A stretch of DNA of 64,000 nucleotides from an uncultured Candidatus Rokubacteria bacterium (GTDB taxonomy: Bacteria > Methylomirabilota > Methylomirabilia > Rokubacteriales > DASRDR01): NCBI GenBank assembly GCA_963805625.1, contig CAWDVE010000010.1:1088001-1152000 (forward strand). Direction: 5' to 3'. How positions within the stretch are numbered: the stretch's first letter is position 1; every line of letters starts with the position of its first letter. The notes below the pieces were generated by a model. It was not told the origin of the DNA and searched no databases. It saw only the letters and a program-made list of their open reading frames with translations. Shown here piece by piece: positions 28,048-37,134 of this stretch. The translations under genes were made by a program, and so were the position numbers.

Positions 28048-30198
28048 ATGGTGCGGGCCGGTCTCCTCCTCCTCGTCCTGCTGCTGGCCCTGCCGTCGGC
28101 CAACTACCAGATCTTCGACGGCCTCCCGCTCTCGCGCGCACCCGAGTTCCTCGGATTGGCGCTCCTGATCCCGCTCCTCGTCAGCCGTGGGCTCCGCCGC
28201 CTCCACGGGCGCTGGATCGGGCGATGGCCGCGGACCGTCCAGGTGGCGCTGGTCGCCGCCGCCGTCGGCGCCCTCGGCCTGAAGGTCGTCCTGCTGGCCT
28301 CCGGCACTCACCAGGGCTTTCTCGCGTGCTACCGGTCGCCTCTCGAGGCGCCGTCCACCGGCCCTTGCGAGCGGTCGTTCGAGAGTCCGTTCTTTCGCTT
28401 CTCCGTCACGCGCCTCGACCGCACCATCGACTTCGGCGAACACGACTGGGACCTTGGCTTCCTGAACACCGTTCGCTTCGACCGCCACTACGAAGGGCTC
28501 GGGGGTCGGCTGCGCCAGCGCCTTCCGATCGAAGCGTTGTGGCGAGGCGCCGTGCAACGGCCGGAGCCCTGGGTCGCACGCATCACCTACGTGGGCGAGG
28601 CAACCATTCTCCTCGACCCCGATGGCCCCGCGGCGAACCGCACCTCCACCACGCTGCCCCCGCACTACGGCACCCCGGCAGTGATCTTCGTGCCGGTACC
28701 CGGGGGTCAGCACGCCGTCTGGGTCGACTACCGCTTCGACGACGACTCGACCTGGGGCGGCCCCCCGCCGGTGGGCGCCTGGGCCACCTTCCAGATGGAG
28801 CGAGGCCGGGGTCCGGGCGGCCGTGAGCCCGGAGCGCCGGTCACCCCGATCCGACCAGCGTGGCCGTGGCGAGCGGCGGCGGCGGCGGGCGACGCGGCCA
28901 CCGCCGCCCTCGCGATCTCCGTCCTGCTCTTCTACCTCGGCCTCCTGTGGCGCGACGCGTGGCTGCTGGCACTGGTCGGCGGAGCGACACCGCTGGCCGA
29001 CCGATTCGACCCCGCGGGGCTCCAGCTCTCGAGCAGTTTGGGGCTCTGCTTCGTGCTCGCGCTGGTCGCCGGCCCCGTGCTAGGACGGCGCTGGCGCCGG
29101 CGGCTCGTGGGAGCCTTCTTCGCGACCCTCTACGTCACGTGGTTCGTCACCCTGCGGACGTTCCGACGCCTCGACGTCGTCACGCTTCGGGAGTGGGCGG
29201 GCGATCCTCTCTTCTACGAGTCCCAGGCTCGCTCGATCCTGGACACGTGGTCGCTCGAGGGCGGGGAGCGCATCTTCGTCTACCAGCCACTGTTCCGGTA
29301 CATCCGGTTCGCGGAGCGGCTGGTCCTCGGCGAGGGCGACGGGCTCGTCAGCATCCTCGCGCTCGCGGCGCTCTACTGGGGGCTCTGCTGGGCGTTCGCC
29401 CGTCTCTGGGCCCGCCCCCGAGCCGACGGACCACGGATGATCGTGTTCGGAGGAGCGGCCCTCCTGATGCTCGCGCTTGCCAGCACTCCGCCCGTCGTGT
29501 TCTTCGTCCAGGCGAGCCTGTCCGAGTACCCGACGTGGAGCTTCCTCGCCCTGCTGTTTCCGATGCTCGTCGTCAGCCGCTCGCCGGTCCAATGGCGCGC
29601 GGGAGCCATGCTGGCAAGTCTCTCGCTTCTGACTCGATCGAACCAGGCTCCTGCCGTGCTCGCCCAGCTCGGCGTCTTTGCCTGGCGCACCTTGAGGCTC
29701 AGGCCCCGCGCCACGCTGGGCGCCCTGACTCTCGCCGTGCTAATCCTCTCGCTTCCCGCCTGGCACAACCTCTACTACGGCGGGCAGCTGGCGCTGACCG
29801 GCAAAAGCCAGCCGCACCTTCTCAGGCTCTCGCCCGCGACGTGGCCCCGGATACTCGACGACGCGGCCGTCCTGAGGAAGGCGCTCAACCAGCTGGACCA
29901 CGTCTTCTACATCAATCCCGTCCACGACCCGCCGCCTCGTGGCGACGAGCTCTCCCGGACCGCCATGCGGGGCCTCCAGGTCCTCTGGGCGGCGACCTGC
30001 GTCCTCGCGCTCCGGCGACAGGGCTTCGCGCGGGGCACGAAGTTCTTGCTCGTCGGCCTTCCGCTGCTCTACCTCGGGGTGCATCTCATCTACGTCGTGG
30101 ACGACTACTACCCCCGCCATATCATCGCCGGCCACCTCGCCATGGGTCTTGTCACGCTGAACGCGGTAGGACGAGGGTGGCCGCGGCGCCCCGCCTGA
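28048..30198 (+). CDS. Large polytopic membrane protein: extracytoplasmic beta domain plus GT-C-like region
   Basis: N-terminal TMs, a soluble domain, then many TMs with GDPLFYESQA..YQPLFRY, LSEYP and LTRSNQ, reminiscent of ArnT/PMT-like glycosyltransferases. Confidence 0.6.
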   Translation: MVRAGLLLLVLLLALPSANYQIFDGLPLSRAPEFLGLALLIPLLVSRGLRRLHGRWIGRWPRTVQVALVAAAVGALGLKVVLLASGTHQGFLACYRSPLEAPSTGPCERSFESPFFRFSVTRLDRTIDFGEHDWDLGFLNTVRFDRHYEGLGGRLRQRLPIEALWRGAVQRPEPWVARITYVGEATILLDPDGPAANRTSTTLPPHYGTPAVIFVPVPGGQHAVWVDYRFDDDSTWGGPPPVGAWATFQMERGRGPGGREPGAPVTPIRPAWPWRAAAAAGDAATAALAISVLLFYLGLLWRDAWLLALVGGATPLADRFDPAGLQLSSSLGLCFVLALVAGPVLGRRWRRRLVGAFFATLYVTWFVTLRTFRRLDVVTLREWAGDPLFYESQARSILDTWSLEGGERIFVYQPLFRYIRFAERLVLGEGDGLVSILALAALYWGLCWAFARLWARPRADGPRMIVFGGAALLMLALASTPPVVFFVQASLSEYPTWSFLALLFPMLVVSRSPVQWRAGAMLASLSLLTRSNQAPAVLAQLGVFAWRTLRLRPRATLGALTLAVLILSLPAWHNLYYGGQLALTGKSQPHLLRLSPATWPRILDDAAVLRKALNQLDHVFYINPVHDPPPRGDELSRTAMRGLQVLWAATCVLALRRQGFARGTKFLLVGLPLLYLGVHLIYVVDDYYPRHIIAGHLAMGLVTLNAVGRGWPRRPA

Positions 30199-30221
30199 TC
30201 GCGCGCGCCAAGCGCCTTTCG

Positions 30222-32258
30222 TCAGGTCCGGTCGGCGCGCCGCACGTCCAGGAAGGTGCTCTGGTAGGTCGCGCCCCCGCCGAGGTCGCTCAGCCGGTCC
30301 CCGCAGAGGAGGTTGATGGTCCCCGACAGCGCCTCGCCCACCGGCCGCTGCCCGGGGACCAGCACGACTCCCGGCGCGACCTCGTCGGAGACCCGGAGAC
30401 GCATGCCCACCGTGCCGAGATCGTTGAAGAGTTCGACCCCGTCACCCGGCTGGAGCCCGCGCCGCCCCGCCTCGACGGGGTGGAGGATCACGACCGGCAC
30501 GCCTTCGCGACGCCGGAGGGCGTGGTTACCCGTGAACGCCGTGTGGCTCTGAAAGTACCCGGGTGCCGTGAGCAGGCGCAGCGGCCACCGCTGGCCGAGC
30601 GCCGTCTCCTCGGCGTCCTCATGCCAGTCGGGCATGGGTGACAGCCCCTCGGCCGCGAGGGCCTCCGAGTAGAACTCGAGCTTTCCCGACGGCGTCCGGA
30701 ATCGCTGACCGTGCGGATAGGGGTCGATCTTGACCGGGCCGGCGTTCCGGAGCACGTCGGGATCGAGGCTCGCCGCCGGCCCCGTCGCGCCGACGAAGGC
30801 CGCGCGGACCAATTCCGGCGTGGTCATCGAAAACACCGCGTCGCCAACCCCGAGCCGACGGGCCAGCTCCTGAGCAAGCCTCACGTTGGACCACGCCTCG
30901 CCCTGAGCCGGCACCGCCTGCGGGGCGAACTGCACGTAGTAGGCCCCGTACGCCCGGAAGAGGTCCTCGGTCTCGAGATACGTCGTCGCCGGCAGCACCA
31001 GATCGGCGTAGCGAGCGGTGTCGGTGAGGAACGGGTCGTGAACGACCGTGAAGAGGTCCTTGCGCATGAGCCCCCGGCGGACGGTCGCGGCGTCTGGGCA
31101 CGTGACGGCCGGGTTGTTGGCCGAGACGAAGAGGGCCCGGATCGGCGGGTCGCTCAGCTCGAGGAGCGCCTGCCCCAGCCGTGAGTGGTTGACCAGCCGC
31201 GTCGCGGCAGGCCCCGACGGCCGGCGCACCGCCTCGAACGAGAAGCCGAAGCCACCGACGGTCGCCAGCAACGCGCCGCCACCGGGCTTCCCGTAGGCGC
31301 CGACGACGGCGGGCAGACACGCGACCGCCCGCACGCCCTGCCCACCCTGGCTGCTCCGGGACATCCCGAACCCGATCCGGATGTACGGCGCCCGCGCGCG
31401 GCCGTAGAGATGGGCGAGGCGCTCGACGTCGGCGTGCGGCAGCCCGGTGATCGTGGCGACCCGATCCGGGCCGAATCGGGGCAGGACGTCCCGCTCGAGC
31501 CGGTCGAACCCGACCGTCTCACGCGCGAGGTAGTCCCGGTCCGCCAGCCCGTCCCGAACGAGCACGTGCATGAGGCCGAGGGCGAGCGCGGCGTCGGTGC
31601 CGATCCGCGGGGCGACGTGCCAGTCGGCCTGGGCCGCCGTGCGGCTCCGCCGGGGATCGATGACCACGAGCTGCGCTCCCCGCGCCCGAGCTTCCTCGGT
31701 CTTCGCCCACGCGTGGACCGCCGTTGTGACTAGGTCGGCGCTCCAGGAGATGATCAGATCCGAGTGGACCATCGCCTCCGGGTCCGCCCCTCCCACCGGC
31801 CCGCACGTCATCTCCCAGGCAACGTCGGCACACGTGTCGCAGATCGTCCCGGCCTGGAGGCGAGTGGTGCCGAGGGCGTGGAATAGGGCCATCGGCACCC
31901 AGCGGTTGAACTGACCCTGGTGCGCGCTGTAGCAATAGCCGAGGATCCCGAGCGGCCCGTCCTCGCGGCGGATGGCCAGCCAGCGCTCCACCAGCTCGGC
32001 GAGGGCCTCGTCCCAGCTCACCGGCCGGAACTCCCCGGCGCCCTTCGGCCCCGTCCGGCGAAGCGGCGTTCGCACGCGGTCGGGCGAGTGCACCAGCTCG
32101 GGCTCGCGTCGGACCTTCCCGCACACGAAGCCGGCAGTGAATAGCTGGTCGGGATCCCCCTCCACGCGGACCAGCCGTCCATCCTCCACGTGAGCGAGGA
32201 TCGAGCACATGTCGGGACAGTCATGGGCGCACACCGTGCGGATCACCGTCGTCGTCAC
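30222..32258 (-). CDS. Molybdopterin (bis-MGD) oxidoreductase, stand-alone catalytic subunit
   Basis: CAHDCPDMC...CGK Fe-S motif, VIDPRRSRTA, GTDAALALG, TDTARYADLVLPATT, TPSGKLEF. No Tat signal. Confidence 0.9.
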   Translation of the reverse strand: MTTTVIRTVCAHDCPDMCSILAHVEDGRLVRVEGDPDQLFTAGFVCGKVRREPELVHSPDRVRTPLRRTGPKGAGEFRPVSWDEALAELVERWLAIRREDGPLGILGYCYSAHQGQFNRWVPMALFHALGTTRLQAGTICDTCADVAWEMTCGPVGGADPEAMVHSDLIISWSADLVTTAVHAWAKTEEARARGAQLVVIDPRRSRTAAQADWHVAPRIGTDAALALGLMHVLVRDGLADRDYLARETVGFDRLERDVLPRFGPDRVATITGLPHADVERLAHLYGRARAPYIRIGFGMSRSSQGGQGVRAVACLPAVVGAYGKPGGGALLATVGGFGFSFEAVRRPSGPAATRLVNHSRLGQALLELSDPPIRALFVSANNPAVTCPDAATVRRGLMRKDLFTVVHDPFLTDTARYADLVLPATTYLETEDLFRAYGAYYVQFAPQAVPAQGEAWSNVRLAQELARRLGVGDAVFSMTTPELVRAAFVGATGPAASLDPDVLRNAGPVKIDPYPHGQRFRTPSGKLEFYSEALAAEGLSPMPDWHEDAEETALGQRWPLRLLTAPGYFQSHTAFTGNHALRRREGVPVVILHPVEAGRRGLQPGDGVELFNDLGTVGMRLRVSDEVAPGVVLVPGQRPVGEALSGTINLLCGDRLSDLGGGATYQSTFLDVRRADRT

Positions 32259-32398
32259 GCGGAACTCCCTCCCCTGGCGCCTCCGGCGGGGCGCGGGCTG
32301 GCCGGGATCGTCGAGACCATGCTAGCGGGAGAGGGGTGGCTCCCGTAAAGGGCCGCTTCCTGACGGTCTCCAGGGGCCATTATCCCCTGGTCCGGCGA

Positions 32399-33505
32399 TC
32401 AGGTGAGAGCCGCGGGGCCCGGGTAGACTCGGAGTCGCCGCCGAGGGAGCACGACCGGCAGGGCTTGCCCCTCGGCAAGATCCAGGCGGCGAACCAGATC
32501 CACTGCGAGGTCAGCCCGGAGCGTCACGCCATCCATGGCATCGCCGGCCAGGTCGACCCGGAAGAATGAGCCCAGGAACTCCATAGCTTTGATCTGCACC
32601 GTGACCGCGTTCTCCTCGCTCCCCGTGACGCTCTGGACGCGGATGTCCTCGGGACGGATCGCGAGGGTCAGACCAGTGCCCGCAGAAAGCCCGTCGATGT
32701 CACACGCCAGCTCGAGCCCGCCGAACCGGACCGTGCCCGGGCGGACCACGACGGCCGGCATGAAGTTCATGACGCCGATAAAGTCGGCGACGAACGCGGA
32801 GGCCGGCCGTCGGTACACCTCGACTGGAGTGCCGACCTGCTCGATCACTCCGCGGTTCATCACCACGATCCGGTCCGCGATCGTGAGCGCCTCTTCCTGG
32901 TCGTGGGTGACCATGATCGTCGTCACCCCCACCCGGCGCTGAAGCTGGCGGATCTCGTGCCGGAGGTGGACCCTCACTTTCGCGTCGAGGGCCGACAAGG
33001 GCTCGTCCAGGAGGAGCAGGCCCGGCGAGGTCGCGAGCGCGCGCGCAAGGGCTACGCGCTGCTGCTGCCCTCCCGAGAGCTGGGCCGGATACTTGTCGCC
33101 CTGCTCGGGAAGGCCGACCATCTCGAGGAGCTCGCGCACCCGGGTCCGGATCTCCGCCCGGGTCAGGCGCGCGTTCTCGAGCCCATAGGCGACGTTCTTG
33201 GCGGCCGTGAGGTTGGGAAACAGGGCGTAGGATTGGAAGACGATCCCGAAATCACGCTTGGCGGCCGGGAGCACCGAGACGTCGCGGCCAGCCTGCTCGA
33301 TGTGCCCGCTCGTCTGGGGGTCCAGGCCCGCGATCGCCCGGAGGAGCGTCGTCTTCCCGCACCCGGACGGGCCGAGGAAGCAGACGAACTCGCCCTCGTC
33401 GACGTCGAGCGAGATGCGGTCGAGGGCGGTGAACTCCCCGAACCTCTTCGTGAGGTCGCGGATGCGCAGGAAGGCTGAACGGGTCTGCGCGGCCGTGACG
33501 GTCAT
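32399..33505 (-). CDS. Putative 2-aminoethylphosphonate-type ABC ATPase
   Basis: GPSGCGKTT, RDFGIVFQSYALFPN, LSGGQQQR, LLLDEPLSALDAKVR. Confidence 0.88.
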   Translation of the reverse strand: MTVTAAQTRSAFLRIRDLTKRFGEFTALDRISLDVDEGEFVCFLGPSGCGKTTLLRAIAGLDPQTSGHIEQAGRDVSVLPAAKRDFGIVFQSYALFPNLTAAKNVAYGLENARLTRAEIRTRVRELLEMVGLPEQGDKYPAQLSGGQQQRVALARALATSPGLLLLDEPLSALDAKVRVHLRHEIRQLQRRVGVTTIMVTHDQEEALTIADRIVVMNRGVIEQVGTPVEVYRRPASAFVADFIGVMNFMPAVVVRPGTVRFGGLELACDIDGLSAGTGLTLAIRPEDIRVQSVTGSEENAVTVQIKAMEFLGSFFRVDLAGDAMDGVTLRADLAVDLVRRLDLAEGQALPVVLPRRRLRVYPGPAALT

Positions 33506-33604
33506 CGCGAGCGGGCCCCGCGGGCTCGGGTCGCGCGAGTCGCGCGGGGAGCCGACCGCCCGGCGGCGGCCGGCCCCATCACGGACCCGCGACGCCCGTC
33601 CCGG

Positions 33605-34654
33605 CTACTTCTTTGGCTCGGACTTCGCGCCGTACCGCTTCTCCCACTCCGCCAGGATGCGGGCGCGGTTCGTCGCGGCCCACTGGAGGTCGTTCTTGGC
33701 CATGTGCTGGAGCATGCTGGTCGGCAGGTGCTCGACCGGCTGCGCGATCGACGGAATCGCCGTCACGGCGTAGCCCTCGTTGTAGAGCTTCATCGCCTTC
33801 TCGCTCACCGACCAGTCCACGAGCGTCTTCGCCGCCTCGAGGTTCTTGGTCCCCTTGACGATCGCCGTCGCCTCCATGTCCCAGCCCGACTTCTCCTCCG
33901 GGAAAACGATGTCGATCGGCGCGCCCTGCTTCTTCACGCGGGCCGCCCGGAACTCGAACGCGACGCCGATCGGGTACTCGCCCTGTCCCGCCATCGTGCA
34001 CGGCTTCGAGCCGGAGTGCGTGTACACCCCGATGTTCTGGTGGAGGCCGTCCATGTACTTCCAGCCCTCGGCCTCGCCGAAGAGCTGGAGCCAGCTCGAC
34101 ACGTCGAGGAACCCGGTGCCCGAGGACGCCGGGTTCGGCATCACGACCTGGCCCTTGTAGACGGGCTTGGTCAGGTCCTTCCACGAGGTCGGCTTCGGCA
34201 GGCCCTTCTTCGCGGCCTCCGTGGTGTTGAAGCAGATCGCGGCGACCCAGGCGTCCATCCCGACCCACGCCGGCGGGTTCTCCTTGTCACGGAACTGGGG
34301 GTCGAGCTTCTCGATGCCCTTCGGCGTGTAGGGCAGAAGCATGCCCTCTGGTTTCAGGACGAGGAGGCTCGTCGCGGCCAGGCCCCAGATCACATCCGCC
34401 TGCGGATTGGCCTTCTCGGCCAGGAGCTTGGCGGTGACGACACCGGTGGAGTCACGAACCCACTTGATCTCGATGTCCGGATAGTCCTCGTTGAAGCGCG
34501 CCGCGTACTTCTTCAGATCGTCGGCCTCGATGGCCGTGTAGACGGTGAGCGCCGTCTTGGCGGTCGCGCCCGCGGCCCCGAGACCCACCAGGGCCGCGGC
34601 GACGACGAGAACGAGGACGACGGATCGCATCGTGGGCCACCCGCTTCGGATCAT
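33605..34654 (-). CDS. Putative 2-aminoethylphosphonate-type ABC substrate-binding protein
   Basis: Signal peptide; LTVYTA, WVRDSTG..TAKLLAEK, WGLAATS, MPNPASSGTG, YTHSGSKPC. Confidence 0.88.
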   Translation of the reverse strand: MIRSGWPTMRSVVLVLVVAAALVGLGAAGATAKTALTVYTAIEADDLKKYAARFNEDYPDIEIKWVRDSTGVVTAKLLAEKANPQADVIWGLAATSLLVLKPEGMLLPYTPKGIEKLDPQFRDKENPPAWVGMDAWVAAICFNTTEAAKKGLPKPTSWKDLTKPVYKGQVVMPNPASSGTGFLDVSSWLQLFGEAEGWKYMDGLHQNIGVYTHSGSKPCTMAGQGEYPIGVAFEFRAARVKKQGAPIDIVFPEEKSGWDMEATAIVKGTKNLEAAKTLVDWSVSEKAMKLYNEGYAVTAIPSIAQPVEHLPTSMLQHMAKNDLQWAATNRARILAEWEKRYGAKSEPKK

Positions 34655-34816
34655 CGTGACCTCCCTCCGGCTGTGTGTGACACGGCGTGAGCAGGACGAC
34701 CAAGCCGCGCACATTCTAGCCCAACGCAGGACACGCGAGAAGGGCGGCCCGTCACCGAAGCGTAACGAAGCCGCCCGGACGTTCACGCGGCCCGGCGCGA
34801 GCCCGGTCCCGGTGTC

Positions 34817-36424
34817 TCAGTCAACGACGGCGGGAGTGGGACGGGCGCGAACGCGCCGGAACAGCAGGACCAGCGGCAGGCACGCCATGGCCATGACCGC
34901 CAGCACCCGGAAACAATCCAGGAAGGAGAGCAGGGTTGCCTGCTTGACGAGCGTCCGGTACAGGAGTCCGAGGGCAGCGGACCCGGCGACGGCGGACCCA
35001 ACCTGGGGGTCAGGTGGGCTCGGGCGTCCTCCAGCCAGCGCTGGTACGCCGGATCGTAGGGGGTGAGGTGCGACACCAGGCGGGCCTGGTGAGCCTGGGT
35101 GCCTCGCGTCAGGAGGGTCGTCACGGCGGCGATGCCGACGCTCGCACCGATGTTCCGCATCAGGTTGAAGATGCCCGTTCCCTGCCCCATCTGCTCTCGC
35201 CCCAGCGTCCCCATGGCCGTCGTGGTCAGCGGGACGAAGATGAGCGGGCCCGCGAAGCCGTTCATGACGCTCGTCCAGACGACGTCCCGCTGGGCGATGT
35301 CGAGGTTCATGCGGCTGTAGATCAGGGCCGACCCGGCGGCCAGGCTGAAGCCCGCCCCGATCAGGAGGCGGCTGTCGATCCGCCCGATCAGCCGCCCGAC
35401 GAGAATGCTGGCGGTGAGCGCCCCGAGGCCGCGAGGGCTCACGGCCAGCCCGCTCTGGAGCGCCGGATACCCCAGGAGGGTCTGCAGGAAGAGCGGCAGC
35501 AGGGCGGTCGTGCCGTACAGCACGACCCCGAGCACCGTGATGAGGGCGGTCCCGATGGCGAAGTTCTGGTTCGCGAGCACGCGCAGGTTCACGATCGGCG
35601 CGATCGGTGGCGAGCTCACGAACGACGAAGGCCACGAACCCGGCCGACCGAGATCAGCGCGCACCATCGCACCCAGGGCGCGGCGAACCAGTCCACTTCC
35701 TGGCCCCGGTCGAGCACCAGCTGGAGCGTGCCGAGGAACACCACCATGAAGCCGAAGCCGAGGTAGTCGACGCGCCGCTGGCGCGCCGCACGGATGTACG
35801 GCGGATCCTCGATGAAGGCGTGCGCCATCAGGATGGCGATCGCGCCCACGGGCAGGTTGATGTAGAAGACCCACCGCCACGAGTAGTTGTCCGTGATCCA
35901 GCCGCCGAGGGTGGGGCCGAGGATGGGCGCGACGATCACGCCCATCGCGAAGGCCGCCATCGCCGCGCCGCGCCGCGCCGGCGGAAAGCTCTCCATGAGG
36001 ACGGCCTGGGCGATGGGCTGAAGCGCTCCGCCGCCCGCGCCCTGAAGGATCCGCGCCACCACGAGCATGCCCAGGCTCGTCGCGGCGCCGCAGAGGGCCG
36101 ACGCCACGGTGAACACGACGATGCAGGCGACCAGGAAGCGCTTGCGCCCGAACCGGCTGCCCAGCCAGGCCGTCATCGGCAGCACGATCGCGTTCGACAC
36201 GAGGTAGCTCGTGAGGACCCACGTCGCCTCCTCGGGTGTCGCGGAAAGGCTGCCGGCGATGTGCGGAAGCGAGACGTTCGCCACGGCCGTATCGAGCACT
36301 TCCATGAACGTGGCCAGCATCACCGAGATCGCGATGAGCCACGGGTTGAAACGGGGAACCCACTCGACGGGGGCCCGGCAGGCGGCGGGGTCGGCTCCGC
36401 GTCGGCCCCTCCTTTTCGTTCCAT
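34817..36424 (-). pseudogene. emrB: DHA2 (EmrB/QacA) MFS efflux permease with four single-base frameshifts (pseudogene or consensus errors)
   Basis: NPWLIAISVMLATFMEVLDT, WVLTSY, GPTLGGWITDNYSWRW, PIVNLRVL, FNLMRNIG. Frame changes near 36370, 35642, 35603 and 34998. Confidence 0.85.
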
Positions 36425-36443
36425 ATGAATCACATTACAATAC

Positions 36444-37134
36444 GTGAACGTGAGTGTGAAATCAGTCCACGAGACCCGGAAGCGGCGGGCCGCCGTCCCC
36501 CGGCCGACCGGCCGGAAGGCGCGAGAGCGGGCGCGGCGTTTCGCCGACGTGCTGGCTGCCGCCCGGCGCCTGTACGCCCGCAAGGGTTACCAGCAGACGG
36601 CCATGGTCGAGATCGCGCGGGCCTCGGAGCTCGCCGTGGGAACGCTCTACCAGCTGTTCCCGTCCAAGGAGGCGATCCTCCGGAGCCTGCTCGAGGAGCG
36701 AATGGACGAGCTGATCGCGCGCGTGCGCGCGGCCGTCGACGGGGAGCGGGAGGTCCGCGACCAGCTGCGGCGCGTCGTGGAGACTCACCTCGCGTTCGCG
36801 CGCGGAGAACGCCGACATCCTCCGCCTCTATCTCTCGGGCTGGATCGGCTACGACACGCGAACCCGCCAGCGGTTCGGAGACCGGATCGACGCGCGCTAC
36901 GAGCGCTACGTCCTGGTGCTGACGGCGGTGTTCAAGCGGGGCGTGGAGACCGGCGCCCTCGCGCCGAGGCCGCCGCGACGGCTCGCGGTGACGCTGGCGG
37001 GCCTGATTCACGCCGTGATCCGGCGCGGCCTCCGGGAGCGGCGGATCGACTTCACGGCCGAGGGCGACGCCCTCCTCGACATCCTCCTCCACGGGGTCCT
37101 GCCTCGCGGGCCTGCCGCCGGACCCTCGCGATGA
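36444..37134 (+). pseudogene. TetR/AcrR-family regulator with one frameshift near 36804
   Basis: AARRLYARKGY..T..EIARASELAVGTLYQLFPSKE helix-turn-helix. It continues ENADILRLYL...LLHGVL in the next frame and ends in an ATGA overlap with emrA. Confidence 0.85.

Noticed and set aside
27986-28048. Short leaderless uORFs ending in TGATG/GTGA overlaps (also 25215-25174 and 13969-14022)
   Set aside because: Any GTGA or TGATG start creates an off-frame stop, so such uORFs arise by chance. The 27986 case could equally be an indel in a G run.
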